NCBI GenBank assembly: GCA_022729235.1
Contig: JALDAJ010000001.1
Span: 160,001-224,000 of the forward strand
Length of the DNA stretch: 64,000 nucleotides
Direction: 5' to 3'
Source: Candidatus Nanohalarchaeota archaeon
GTDB lineage: Archaea; Nanohalarchaeota; Nanosalinia; Nanosalinales; Nanosalinaceae
In this document: in pieces, positions 56,862-64,000 of the stretch
Layout: every line of letters begins with the position of its first letter
How positions within the stretch are numbered: position 1 is the first letter of the stretch
Position numbers and translations under genes: made by a program
Notes under the pieces: model-generated
What the model saw: only the letters and a program-made list of their open reading frames with translations
What the model was told of the DNA's origin: nothing
Databases searched by the model: none

Positions 56862-56995
56862 GAGCTTTGTCCGCTTGGAGTCGGTTGATGACCGGATGCC
56901 TGTTGTCTGGGCGTCGGGTCTGAGGACGATACTCTGGGCGACCCAGTAGGAAAAACCTACCTGTCAGGTCGCTTTCTAGAAGACTTCAAGCGGAG
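56862..56995 (+). ncRNA. putative structured ncRNA with a C/D-type k-turn
   Basis: TATA TTTTAAAG at 56831, a 13-bp closing helix (56870-82 with 56982-94) containing a G-U pair, and TGATGA/CTGA boxes flanking a stem. Confidence 0.55.
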
Positions 56996-57081
56996 TATAA
57001 ACCCTCGCGGGTTTAATGGCCGAGAAACCGTTAACGGTTTCGTTCGGTTTAAAAGAGTTCGTTTCGAGGATTGAACACACG

Positions 57082-57378
57082 ATGTCAGACGGAAACAAGT
57101 CACAGAAAGCGGAAGAATTCCCGAAGAGAGGGAACTCCTTCGAGGGAGAGGTAGAGTCCACGAAGATGGACAAGTCCGCGACAGTAAGATGGGCGTATTC
57201 TGAAGAAGTCCCGAAGTATGAGCGTTACGAGAGAAGAAATACCAAGATAACCGTTCACGTCCCGGAAGATATCGAAGTAAGCGAGGGCGACCATGTAAAA
57301 GTTGTCGAGACCCGCCCGATTTCCAAGACCAAAAGCGCCGTGATAACAGAAATAATTCAAAACGGTGACGAGCAATGA
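57082..57378 (+). CDS. rps17: 30S ribosomal protein S17
   Basis: KMDKS, PKYERYERR and ETRPISKTK motifs; TATA at ~57048. Confidence 0.95.
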   Translation: MSDGNKSQKAEEFPKRGNSFEGEVESTKMDKSATVRWAYSEEVPKYERYERRNTKITVHVPEDIEVSEGDHVKVVETRPISKTKSAVITEIIQNGDEQ

Positions 57379-57431
57379 AGCTTTCCGCAGGAAAGACTTC
57401 TCGCAGAAATCACCCGAAAGGTGATTTCGAG
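57377..57431 (+). repeat. two-hairpin element with the SD in the stem
   Basis: CTTTCC-gca-GGAAAG, then TCGCA-GAAATCACC-cgaaa-GGTGATTTC-GA-GTG. Confidence 0.8.
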
Positions 57432-57829
57432 TGAAACCGGTAGGAGCAAATATTACAAGGACTCTGGACAAGGAAGCTGTTCTCACATGCGCTGACAACT
57501 CTGGCGCCCAGAAACTGCAAATAATCGGTGTCAAGCACACACAGGGCAGGCGTTCAAGAAGAGAGTCAGCTGGTGTAGGCGACATCGTAAAGGTCAAGGT
57601 TCTGAAGGGAGACCAGGAAGTCATGCACCAGGTCTTCGACGCAGTTATCGTGAGACAGGCAAAAGAATACCAGAGAGCCAACGGCATGAGGATTTCGTTT
57701 GAAGATAACGCAGCTGTACTTGTAGAGGAAAACATGCTACCAAAAGGATCTGAAACCCGTGGACCGATCGCGAAAGAAGTAGTTCAACGCTTCAGCCCGA
57801 TCGGAAAAATTGCTTCACAGGTGGTGTAA
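57431..57829 (+). CDS. rpl14: 50S ribosomal protein L14
   Basis: ADNSGA, AGVGD, FEDNAAV and GPIAKE motifs. Confidence 0.97.
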   Translation: MKPVGANITRTLDKEAVLTCADNSGAQKLQIIGVKHTQGRRSRRESAGVGDIVKVKVLKGDQEVMHQVFDAVIVRQAKEYQRANGMRISFEDNAAVLVEENMLPKGSETRGPIAKEVVQRFSPIGKIASQVV

Positions 57830-57878
57830 AATCATGACAAATGATTTTACGGCTCGCAGAAAATCTCTGATTTTCGAG
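57826..57878 (+). repeat. two-hairpin element
   Basis: GTAAAATCAT-gacaa-ATGATTTTAC, then CTCGCA-GAAAATC-tct-GATTTTC-GAG. Confidence 0.8.
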
Positions 57879-57889
57879 TGGTGTAAAAA

Positions 57890-58645
57890 ATGAGCGAAAC
57901 AGAGAACTGGAGCAGGGAATGGAACTCAAGCACGGATCCTTCCAAACAGCGCAAGTACAGGGATAACGCGCCGCTCCACGTAAAAGACAAGATGATTTCA
58001 GCTAACACCTCCGAAGTTATCAGGGAAGAACTCGGCACACGTTCGATCCAACTGAAAGTGGGTGACCGGGTAAGAGTCATGAGAGGCGATGAGAAAGGTA
58101 AGGAAGGAATCGTCAGCGACATCGACAGGGAGGAAGAAAAAGTATACGTACACGGCATAATTGTTGAACGAACAGATGGTACTGAAAGAGAAATCGCACT
58201 GAGACCGTCAAACCTGCAAGTCCAGGCGATGAATATCGAAGACGACATGAGGATGGAGAAATACGATATCGATGACTTCGAAGCTATCCGCGTTGAGGAA
58301 GAAGAGATGGAAGAAGCCCTCGAAGAAGACGAGGAAGGAGAGATGATGGAGCAGATGCAGACCGGAGAAAGCTCCCTGGAAGCAGGCGAAGACGAGGAAG
58401 AAGACACCGAGGATGAAGAGGAAACAGAAGACGAAGTAGACGAGGAGACATCCGAGGAAGAAACAGCAGAAGACGAAGATGCTTCCGGAACCGACTACGA
58501 TGACATCGTTGACAACACGATCAGCGACGCCAAAGAACAACTACAGGAACTCGAAGAACCAGACTACCAGGCAGCACTCGAAGCGGAAGAAAATAATAAA
58601 GATCGTAAAACCTTCAAAGAATGGCTTGAGAACAAAGCAGAGTGA
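57890..58645 (+). CDS. rpl24: 50S ribosomal protein L24 with acidic linker and appended C-terminal domain
   Basis: PSKQRK, APLH, GDRVRVMRG and PSN core motifs, plus a ~125-aa extension. Confidence 0.95.
   Translation: MSETENWSREWNSSTDPSKQRKYRDNAPLHVKDKMISANTSEVIREELGTRSIQLKVGDRVRVMRGDEKGKEGIVSDIDREEEKVYVHGIIVERTDGTEREIALRPSNLQVQAMNIEDDMRMEKYDIDDFEAIRVEEEEMEEALEEDEEGEMMEQMQTGESSLEAGEDEEEDTEDEEETEDEVDEETSEEETAEDEDASGTDYDDIVDNTISDAKEQLQELEEPDYQAALEAEENNKDRKTFKEWLENKAE
58406..58642 (+). repeat. copy 2 of the coding repeat shared with rps24e
   Basis: See 51172-51366. Confidence 0.92.
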
Positions 58646-58651
58646 TAATAT

Positions 58652-59314
58652 ATGGCACACGATAAACGACTCCCGGCACCAAAGCATTACCCTATCAAGA
58701 GGAAGGAGACTAAGTACATCTCCACTATAGAGGGTTCAAGAAGCCGTGAAAACGCTGTTCCCGCGGTAGTAGTGCTGAGAGAGATTCTGGGATACGCAGA
58801 GAACGAAACAGACGCGAAAAAGATAGTACAGGACCGCGAACTACTTAGAAACGGAGAACCGGTAACCGACATCAGGCAGGGTATCGGAATCCTTGATACC
58901 GTGGAGCTTCCAAAAACGGAGGAGGCTTACCGCGTACTGAGAAGCGGTCAAGACCTGAGATTTGTACCTGTAACAGATGAAGAGAAAGTCGTCACAAAAA
59001 TAGTAGGTAAAGATTCTGAAGGCGACGGTTACGTCTACCGGCTTCATAACGGAGAGAATTACAGGACGGATGACGAATACGCGACAGGTAACACGCTCAT
59101 CTTCAACTCCTCGGTAACCGAAGTAGAACTGGAAGAAGGAGCGCAGGTAGTAGTTATAGACGGTAAACACGCCGGTCAGATAGCAGAGCTTAAAGAGATA
59201 AGCGAACACCGCATGAACCCGGACATCGGCGTTATAGAAGCTGATACAGAGTTTGAGACACAGCTTAAAAACCTTGTAGCAGTGGAAAAGGTCCAGCTAG
59301 GTGAAGAACAGTGA
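58652..59314 (+). CDS. rps4e: 30S ribosomal protein S4e
   Basis: HDKRLPAPKHYPIKRK, LREILGYA, LHNGEN and GKHAG motifs. Confidence 0.95.
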   Translation: MAHDKRLPAPKHYPIKRKETKYISTIEGSRSRENAVPAVVVLREILGYAENETDAKKIVQDRELLRNGEPVTDIRQGIGILDTVELPKTEEAYRVLRSGQDLRFVPVTDEEKVVTKIVGKDSEGDGYVYRLHNGENYRTDDEYATGNTLIFNSSVTEVELEEGAQVVVIDGKHAGQIAELKEISEHRMNPDIGVIEADTEFETQLKNLVAVEKVQLGEEQ

Positions 59315-59361
59315 ATGCTGAAAGCGTTCACTTCGCAGAGAATCACAGGGTGATTTTCGAA
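59311..59361 (+). repeat. two-hairpin element with the SD in the stem
   Basis: GTGAATGCT-gaa-AGCGTTCAC, then TTCGCAG-AGAATCAC-agg-GTGATTTT-CGA-ATG. Confidence 0.8.
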
Positions 59362-59870
59362 TGCAGGAGATGAAGGAAATCCAGATCGAAAAAATAGTAG
59401 TTAACGCAGGGGCAGGAGAAGTAGGAGATGAGGTCGAGAAATCAGTAAGGCTCCTGGAAAAGCTTACCGGCAAACAGCCAGTAAAGACAGAGTCCCGTCG
59501 GGAAGCCAAGACTTTCGGTCTTAGAGGCGGACTCGAGATAGGTGTTAAGATAACTCTTAGAGGAGAAGAGGCAAGAGAATTCCTGGAAAAAGTACTTCCA
59601 GCTGCTGACAACGAAATCGATGCCTCAAGCTTTGACGGCAACGGCAACTTCGCGTTCGGTATCTCAGAGTACATCGACGTACCAGGAGTAGACTATGACG
59701 GAGATATCGGTATGAGAGGGTTCGAAGTAGTTGTAAACCTTGAAAGACCAGGATACCGTGTAAAGCGGCGCGACTACAAGCCTTCAGAAGTCGGAAAAGA
59801 CCACGAGGTCTCCGATGAAGAAGCAAAGGAGTTCGTTGAAGAGGAACTTGGTGCAGAGGTGACAAACTAG
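59361..59870 (+). CDS. rpl5: 50S ribosomal protein L5
   Basis: [22 protein letters not shown] and RPGYRV motifs. Confidence 0.97.
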   Translation: MQEMKEIQIEKIVVNAGAGEVGDEVEKSVRLLEKLTGKQPVKTESRREAKTFGLRGGLEIGVKITLRGEEAREFLEKVLPAADNEIDASSFDGNGNFAFGISEYIDVPGVDYDGDIGMRGFEVVVNLERPGYRVKRRDYKPSEVGKDHEVSDEEAKEFVEEELGAEVTN

Positions 59871-59872
59871 AT

Positions 59873-60097
59873 ATGGGATACGAAGACGTACTAGACCAGA
59901 TCAAGCATAAGGAAGGTGACCGGAAAGCCTTCGAGAAACATAATACTCCAAAGGAGAGAGATTACGGAAAATCCAAGAAAGAATGCCGGCGCTGTGGAAG
60001 GACAGGAAGAGGAGTCATCTCAAAATACGGACTCAACTACTGTCGACAGTGCTTCCGCGAGATTGCGGAAGAGCTCGGCTTTAAACAGCTCAAGTAA
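59873..60097 (+). CDS. rps14: 30S ribosomal protein S14
   Basis: CRRCG...[16 protein letters not shown] motif. Confidence 0.96.
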   Translation: MGYEDVLDQIKHKEGDRKAFEKHNTPKERDYGKSKKECRRCGRTGRGVISKYGLNYCRQCFREIAEELGFKQLK

Positions 60098-60108
60098 GGT
60101 AGATAACA

Positions 60109-60498
60109 ATGCAGCAAGACACACTCAGCGACGCACTGTCCTCAATCAACAACGCAGCGAGGACGGGTAACGAATACGCAACGGTCGCACCCACAAGCAA
60201 CCTGGTAAAGAACGTACTTGTCAAGCTACAGGAAGAGAATTACATAGGAGTATTCGAACTTGTAGAAGACGGTAAGGGCGGAAAATTCAAGGTAGAGGTC
60301 AAGCCAGAGATCAACGAATGCAAGCCTGTAAAGCCAAACTTCTACGTAGGGAACGATGAATACACGAAGTGGTCCAAGAGATACTTACCGGCAAGAAACT
60401 TCGGAAAACTACTCGTAACAACACCTGAAGGCGTACTAACCCATGAAGAGGCTCACGAGAAAGGAGTGGGTGGAAAACTACTCGGATACGTCTACTAA
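60109..60498 (+). CDS. rps8: 30S ribosomal protein S8
   Basis: YIGVFE, YLPARNFG and GGKLLGYVY motifs. Confidence 0.97.
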   Translation: MQQDTLSDALSSINNAARTGNEYATVAPTSNLVKNVLVKLQEENYIGVFELVEDGKGGKFKVEVKPEINECKPVKPNFYVGNDEYTKWSKRYLPARNFGKLLVTTPEGVLTHEEAHEKGVGGKLLGYVY

Positions 60499-60507
60499 GT
60501 GATACAG

Positions 60508-61041
60508 ATGGAACTCAAAACCGAACTCGGAGACGCGGAAGCAGAATACGAAGACGGAGTGCTTAGAGTCAGCGATAACGATGGAGAAGTCGAAAAGAAG
60601 CTGGAGCACGCACAGATCGATGTAGAAGTGACAGACGAGGAAGTAGTTTTCTCCACCGAGAGCGATAGAAAGGACATGGAGAGTATAGTCAAGACTTTCC
60701 AGAGACACCTGGAGAACATGCTCAAAGGACTGGAAAGCGACCACGTATACCGGATGAAAGGTGTCTACGCACACTTCCCGATGACTATCAAACAACAGGG
60801 AGAAGAGATCCATCTCGAGAACTTCATGGGAGAAAGAGCACCCAGAGTCATAGAGATAATGGACGGTGTAGACGTCTCCATCAACGGCGAAGATCTTGAA
60901 CTAAGAGGTCCAGACAAGGACAAAGTTTCACAGACTGCAGCCCGTATAGAACAGGTATGCAAGAAAGGAAACCGCGATCCCAGGACATTCCAGGACGGAG
61001 TATACATAACAGAAGCCGAAGAAGGTGGTTCAGATGAGTAA
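60508..61041 (+). CDS. rpl6: 50S ribosomal protein L6
   Basis: [18 protein letters not shown] and [11 protein letters not shown] motifs. Confidence 0.96.
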   Translation: MELKTELGDAEAEYEDGVLRVSDNDGEVEKKLEHAQIDVEVTDEEVVFSTESDRKDMESIVKTFQRHLENMLKGLESDHVYRMKGVYAHFPMTIKQQGEEIHLENFMGERAPRVIEIMDGVDVSINGEDLELRGPDKDKVSQTAARIEQVCKKGNRDPRTFQDGVYITEAEEGGSDE

Positions 61042-61381
61042 AGACAAAGATTTCAAGAAAGAGGATAGCCACAAGAAGAAGGGATATCCTGGCAAATGGA
61101 GGAGACCGAGAGGGCGACACTCCCGCATCCGGCTGGAGAAGAAAGGCGCTCCTGCAAAGCCAAAAGCAGGATACAGGACAGAAAAAAATGCTAGAGGGAA
61201 ACATCCTTCCGGGTACGAGGAAGTACTCGTACACAATACTGGCGACCTTGAAGAGATCGATACCGAGACAGAGGCAGCAAGAATCGCCTCAAAGGTCGGC
61301 GCAAGAAAAAGAGAGACTATACTTGAAAAAGCTGACGAACTCGAAATAGAAGTACTGAACCCAGGTGATAATGATGAGTGA
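61034..61381 (+). CDS. rpl32e: 50S ribosomal protein L32e
   Basis: WRRPRGRHS and [13 protein letters not shown] motifs. Confidence 0.96.
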   Translation: MSKDKDFKKEDSHKKKGYPGKWRRPRGRHSRIRLEKKGAPAKPKAGYRTEKNARGKHPSGYEEVLVHNTGDLEEIDTETEAARIASKVGARKRETILEKADELEIEVLNPGDNDE

Positions 61382-61820
61382 TTTGAAGAGCCAGAGACGG
61401 ATGGCTGCAGAAGTAATGGACATAGGAGAGAACCGTGTATGGATCGATCCTGAACAGACAGAAAGAGTCGAAGAAGCTATCACACGACAGGATATCAGGA
61501 ACCTGATTGAAGGCGGTGCAATCCAGAAGAAAAAGGTGAAAGGAACCTCCCGGGGTCGCACAAGAGAGAACAGGAAGCAGAAAACAAAAGGACGTAGAAA
61601 AGGACATGGGTCTCGGAAAGGAAAGAAGACAGCGAGAAAAGAGAATAAGAAACGATGGATGGAAAAAATCCGTGCGATCCGATCCAGGCTTAAAGAGATG
61701 AGAGACGAAGGAGAAATCTCACAGGAACAGTACAGGACGCTCTATGACAAATCAAAAGGCGGATTCTTCCGGGACATAAAACACCTTGAAAACCACATAG
61801 AAGAAGAAATGGAGGTATAA
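61374..61820 (+). CDS. rpl19e: 50S ribosomal protein L19e
   Basis: QRRMAA, RVWIDP, ITRQDIR and GHGSRKG motifs. Confidence 0.97.
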   Translation: MSDLKSQRRMAAEVMDIGENRVWIDPEQTERVEEAITRQDIRNLIEGGAIQKKKVKGTSRGRTRENRKQKTKGRRKGHGSRKGKKTARKENKKRWMEKIRAIRSRLKEMRDEGEISQEQYRTLYDKSKGGFFRDIKHLENHIEEEMEV

Positions 61821-61828
61821 CGATAAAC

Positions 61829-62341
61829 ATGGCAGATTCATCAAACTACCACGTACCGTTCAGGCGGAGAAGAGACCAGAAGACAGACTACGACCAGAGA
61901 CTGGACCTGTTAAAGTCAGGTAAACCGAGAGCAGTTGTAAGACTCTCAAACAACCATACTAGAGTCCATATAGCTGAATACAGTCAGAAAGGAGATGAAA
62001 ACAGAGTTCAGACAGTTTCCGGAGATCTAGAAGAGTACGGATGGGATGGGCACTCAGGCAACATCCCTGCAGCATACCTAACCGGATACCTAGCAGGTAT
62101 GAAAGCAGACATCAGTGAAGCAGTACTCGATGTAGGACTTAAAAATGTCAAGAAAGGAGGAAGAATATTCGCCGCAGTACAGGGACTTAGAGATGCAGGC
62201 GTAGAAGTACCTGTAGGAGAAGACATGGTACCGGAAGAAAGCCGGTTAAGAGGAGAGCACATCGAAGAGATGCGGGAAACAGATACTACTGAAAACTTTG
62301 AAAAAGTCAAAGAAAACATCAACGAGGAAAACGACGGCTGA
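61829..62341 (+). CDS. rpl18: 50S ribosomal protein L18
   Basis: RRRR..KTDY, NIPAAYLTG and GEHI motifs. Confidence 0.96.
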   Translation: MADSSNYHVPFRRRRDQKTDYDQRLDLLKSGKPRAVVRLSNNHTRVHIAEYSQKGDENRVQTVSGDLEEYGWDGHSGNIPAAYLTGYLAGMKADISEAVLDVGLKNVKKGGRIFAAVQGLRDAGVEVPVGEDMVPEESRLRGEHIEEMRETDTTENFEKVKENINEENDG

Positions 62342-62347
62342 TACACG

Positions 62348-63016
62348 ATGGCGCAGGAAGAAGTAGAAGAGGAAATATGGAACCCGAAGACCGAACTCGG
62401 TAGAAAAGTCGCAAACGGGGAAATCACACGGATAGATGAAGCACTGCACGCAGACGAGAAAATAATGGAGCCTGAGATAGTTGACCACCTCGTCAACCTG
62501 GACGAAGAAGTAATGCTTATCGGAGGAACACCAGGCAAGGGAGGTGGTAAAAGACGTACTGTATCCAAGAGAACCGCAAGGATGCACAAGTCAGGCGCAC
62601 GTTACAGGACAAAAGCTATGTCCGTACTTGGAGACAGGAACGGCACCATAGGACTCGGAAACGGGGAAGCAAACGATACTAGAGCAGCGATTGAGAACGC
62701 AGCAAGGGAGGCAAAACTTAACCTGGTATCTGTGGACAGAGGATGTGGTTCATGGGAATGCGCCTGCGGAACTGAACACAGCGTGCCTTTCGAAGTGGAA
62801 GGTAAGTCAGGGAGCGTAACGGTAACCCTGAAACCTGCACCGAAAGGTATCGGTCTTGCAGCAAGCGATGACATGGCAAAGATGCTCGAACTTGCGGGAT
62901 ACCAGGATGTATGGGTACAGTCCCGCGGAAAGACAAGGACACGTGAAAACCTTATCCGCGCAGGATTTAACGCGCTGAAGAAAATCAACGAGATGAAGAG
63001 AACAGAGGATAAATAA
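62348..63016 (+). CDS. rps5: 30S ribosomal protein S5
   Basis: W.PKTELG, RGCGSWEC and PAPKGIGL motifs. Confidence 0.97.
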   Translation: MAQEEVEEEIWNPKTELGRKVANGEITRIDEALHADEKIMEPEIVDHLVNLDEEVMLIGGTPGKGGGKRRTVSKRTARMHKSGARYRTKAMSVLGDRNGTIGLGNGEANDTRAAIENAAREAKLNLVSVDRGCGSWECACGTEHSVPFEVEGKSGSVTVTLKPAPKGIGLAASDDMAKMLELAGYQDVWVQSRGKTRTRENLIRAGFNALKKINEMKRTEDK

Positions 63017-63021
63017 GATGA

Positions 63022-63070
63022 CGAAAATCAGAGATTTTCTAAATCACCAGGAACTCAAAGGTGAGTTTCG
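63022..63070 (+). repeat. two-hairpin element with the SD in the stem
   Basis: GAAAATC-aga-GATTTTC, then CAG-GAACTCA-aagg-TGAGTTT-CG. Confidence 0.75.
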
Positions 63071-63073
63071 GTA

Positions 63074-63421
63074 ATGATAGCAGCTGTAAGAATAAGGAGC
63101 GATACTGACGCGAGACAGAAAGTGGCAAGGACGCTGGACAACCTCGGATTGAGGAGGAATAACCAGTGCGTGGTTCACGAGGACTCGGAATCTATCAGGG
63201 GTATGCTTAACGTTGTAAAAGACTACGTTGCCTACGGAGAGATAGACGAAGAAACAGTAGAGAAACTAGAGGAAAGAAGAGGAGAAATCCTTGAAAACGG
63301 TGATACAGTAAACCTGTCACCTCCTAGCAAGGGATACAGGAGTACAAAGAAAAACCACGGACAGGGCGGCTCCCTAGGTGAGCGGCCGGACATGAACGAA
63401 CTTATCTCCAGGATGGTATAA
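63074..63421 (+). CDS. rpl30: 50S ribosomal protein L30 (short form)
   Basis: AVRIR, GML..VKDYVAYGE, LSPP.KG and GGSLG motifs. Confidence 0.95.
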   Translation: MIAAVRIRSDTDARQKVARTLDNLGLRRNNQCVVHEDSESIRGMLNVVKDYVAYGEIDEETVEKLEERRGEILENGDTVNLSPPSKGYRSTKKNHGQGGSLGERPDMNELISRMV

Positions 63422-63435
63422 GCAGGTGATTGATA

Positions 63436-63861
63436 ATGGTAAAACGTAGAAAGAAGAAAAAGAAATCCGGATCATACGGCAAAGGCTCTTCCAAGAAGGG
63501 TCGCGGAGCAGGAAGTAGAGGTGGTCGCGGAGCTGCAGGACAGGGAAAGAAAGGGATGCAGAAGAAGATGACTAAAGACGGCATCCACGAACTCGGAGAG
63601 AAAGGATTCTCAAGCCAGACAGAGCAGAACGGGATTAACTTGAGAGATATCGACCAGAGAATAGAAAGTTTCGTGGAACAAGGTCTTGCAGAAGAAACAG
63701 ATTCAGGGTACGTTTTCCACGCAGATGAGGCAGGTTACGAAAAGATACTTGGATCAGGAAAGCTGACAAAGGAAATAGAGGTTCATGCTGAAAAGTTTTC
63801 CTCAACCGCGGAGAAAAAGATTGAAGAAGCGGGAGGAGAAGCTGTAAAAGTAGAGGAATAA
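63436..63861 (+). CDS. rpl15: 50S ribosomal protein L15
   Basis: RGAGSRGGRGAAG, KILGSG and KIEEAGG motifs. Confidence 0.96.
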   Translation: MVKRRKKKKKSGSYGKGSSKKGRGAGSRGGRGAAGQGKKGMQKKMTKDGIHELGEKGFSSQTEQNGINLRDIDQRIESFVEQGLAEETDSGYVFHADEAGYEKILGSGKLTKEIEVHAEKFSSTAEKKIEEAGGEAVKVEE

Positions 63862-63865
63862 GGTA

Positions 63866-64000
63866 ATGTCCTACATAGTAAAAGCCGCAGGATATCTTCC
63901 AAGCGTAAAGGAGCCGGAGAAAGAGCAGTCTCTCAAACAGATGCTGACATGGACCGGTATCGTACTTCTACTATACTTCACGCTTGCAGAAATCAGCATT
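63866..64000 (+). CDS. secY: preprotein translocase SecY (3' partial)
   Basis: Translates as MSYIVKAAGYLPSVKEPEKEQSLKQMLTWTGIVLLLYFTLAEISI; follows rpl15. Confidence 0.9.
   Translation, partial: MSYIVKAAGYLPSVKEPEKEQSLKQMLTWTGIVLLLYFTLAEISI

Noticed and set aside
56862-56995. 5S rRNA, RNase P RNA, SRP RNA or hammerhead ribozyme
   Set aside because: No CCGAAC loop, no GAGGAAAGUCC and no SRP helix-8 motif. CTGAGGA...GAAA is present, but hammerhead stems I-III do not form convincingly.
821-62988. Numerous antisense or alternate-frame ORFs (Ser/Phe/Leu-rich)
   Set aside because: They are shadows of Glu/Asp-rich sense genes and overlap well-supported CDSs.
1-64000. IS elements, integrases, proviral genes, tRNA or rRNA genes
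   Set aside because: None were recognised by eye. tRNAscan-SE and ISEScan would be needed to exclude them.

Overview
This is an archaeal chromosomal segment with a very acidic proteome, Shine-Dalgarno (SD) motifs of the form GAGGTGA, TATA-like promoters and streamlined genes. It most resembles a Nanohaloarchaeota (DPANN) genome; that taxonomy is inferred, not searched. Housekeeping content is gatD/gatE, thermosome, RFC, Lhr helicase with a metallophosphoesterase, Trk, rps6e-eIF2g, rpoE/spt4 and the rpl29 to secY ribosomal cluster. Accessory content is a type IV pilus locus with seven pilin-like genes, a MoxR/vWA/DUF58 cluster and scattered ORFans. The strongest leads are: (1) an island inside the eIF2g-PIN superoperon that encodes an MscS channel fused to a catalytically dead C39-like domain, three ATP-grasp ligases (one degenerate) and a DUF1704/MATCAP-like carboxypeptidase, which looks like a peptide or polyglutamate writer-eraser system; (2) the same appended ~50-aa C-terminal domain on ribosomal proteins eS24 and uL24; (3) a covarying two-hairpin element at five junctions of translation genes, usually burying the SD; (4) probable AUC and AUU start codons in rfcL and tadC; (5) an unassigned ~130-nt structured RNA with a k-turn upstream of rps17; and (6) an in-frame second GGMM tail past the thermosome UGA stop. 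Family names come from motif recognition only, and no database searches were run.
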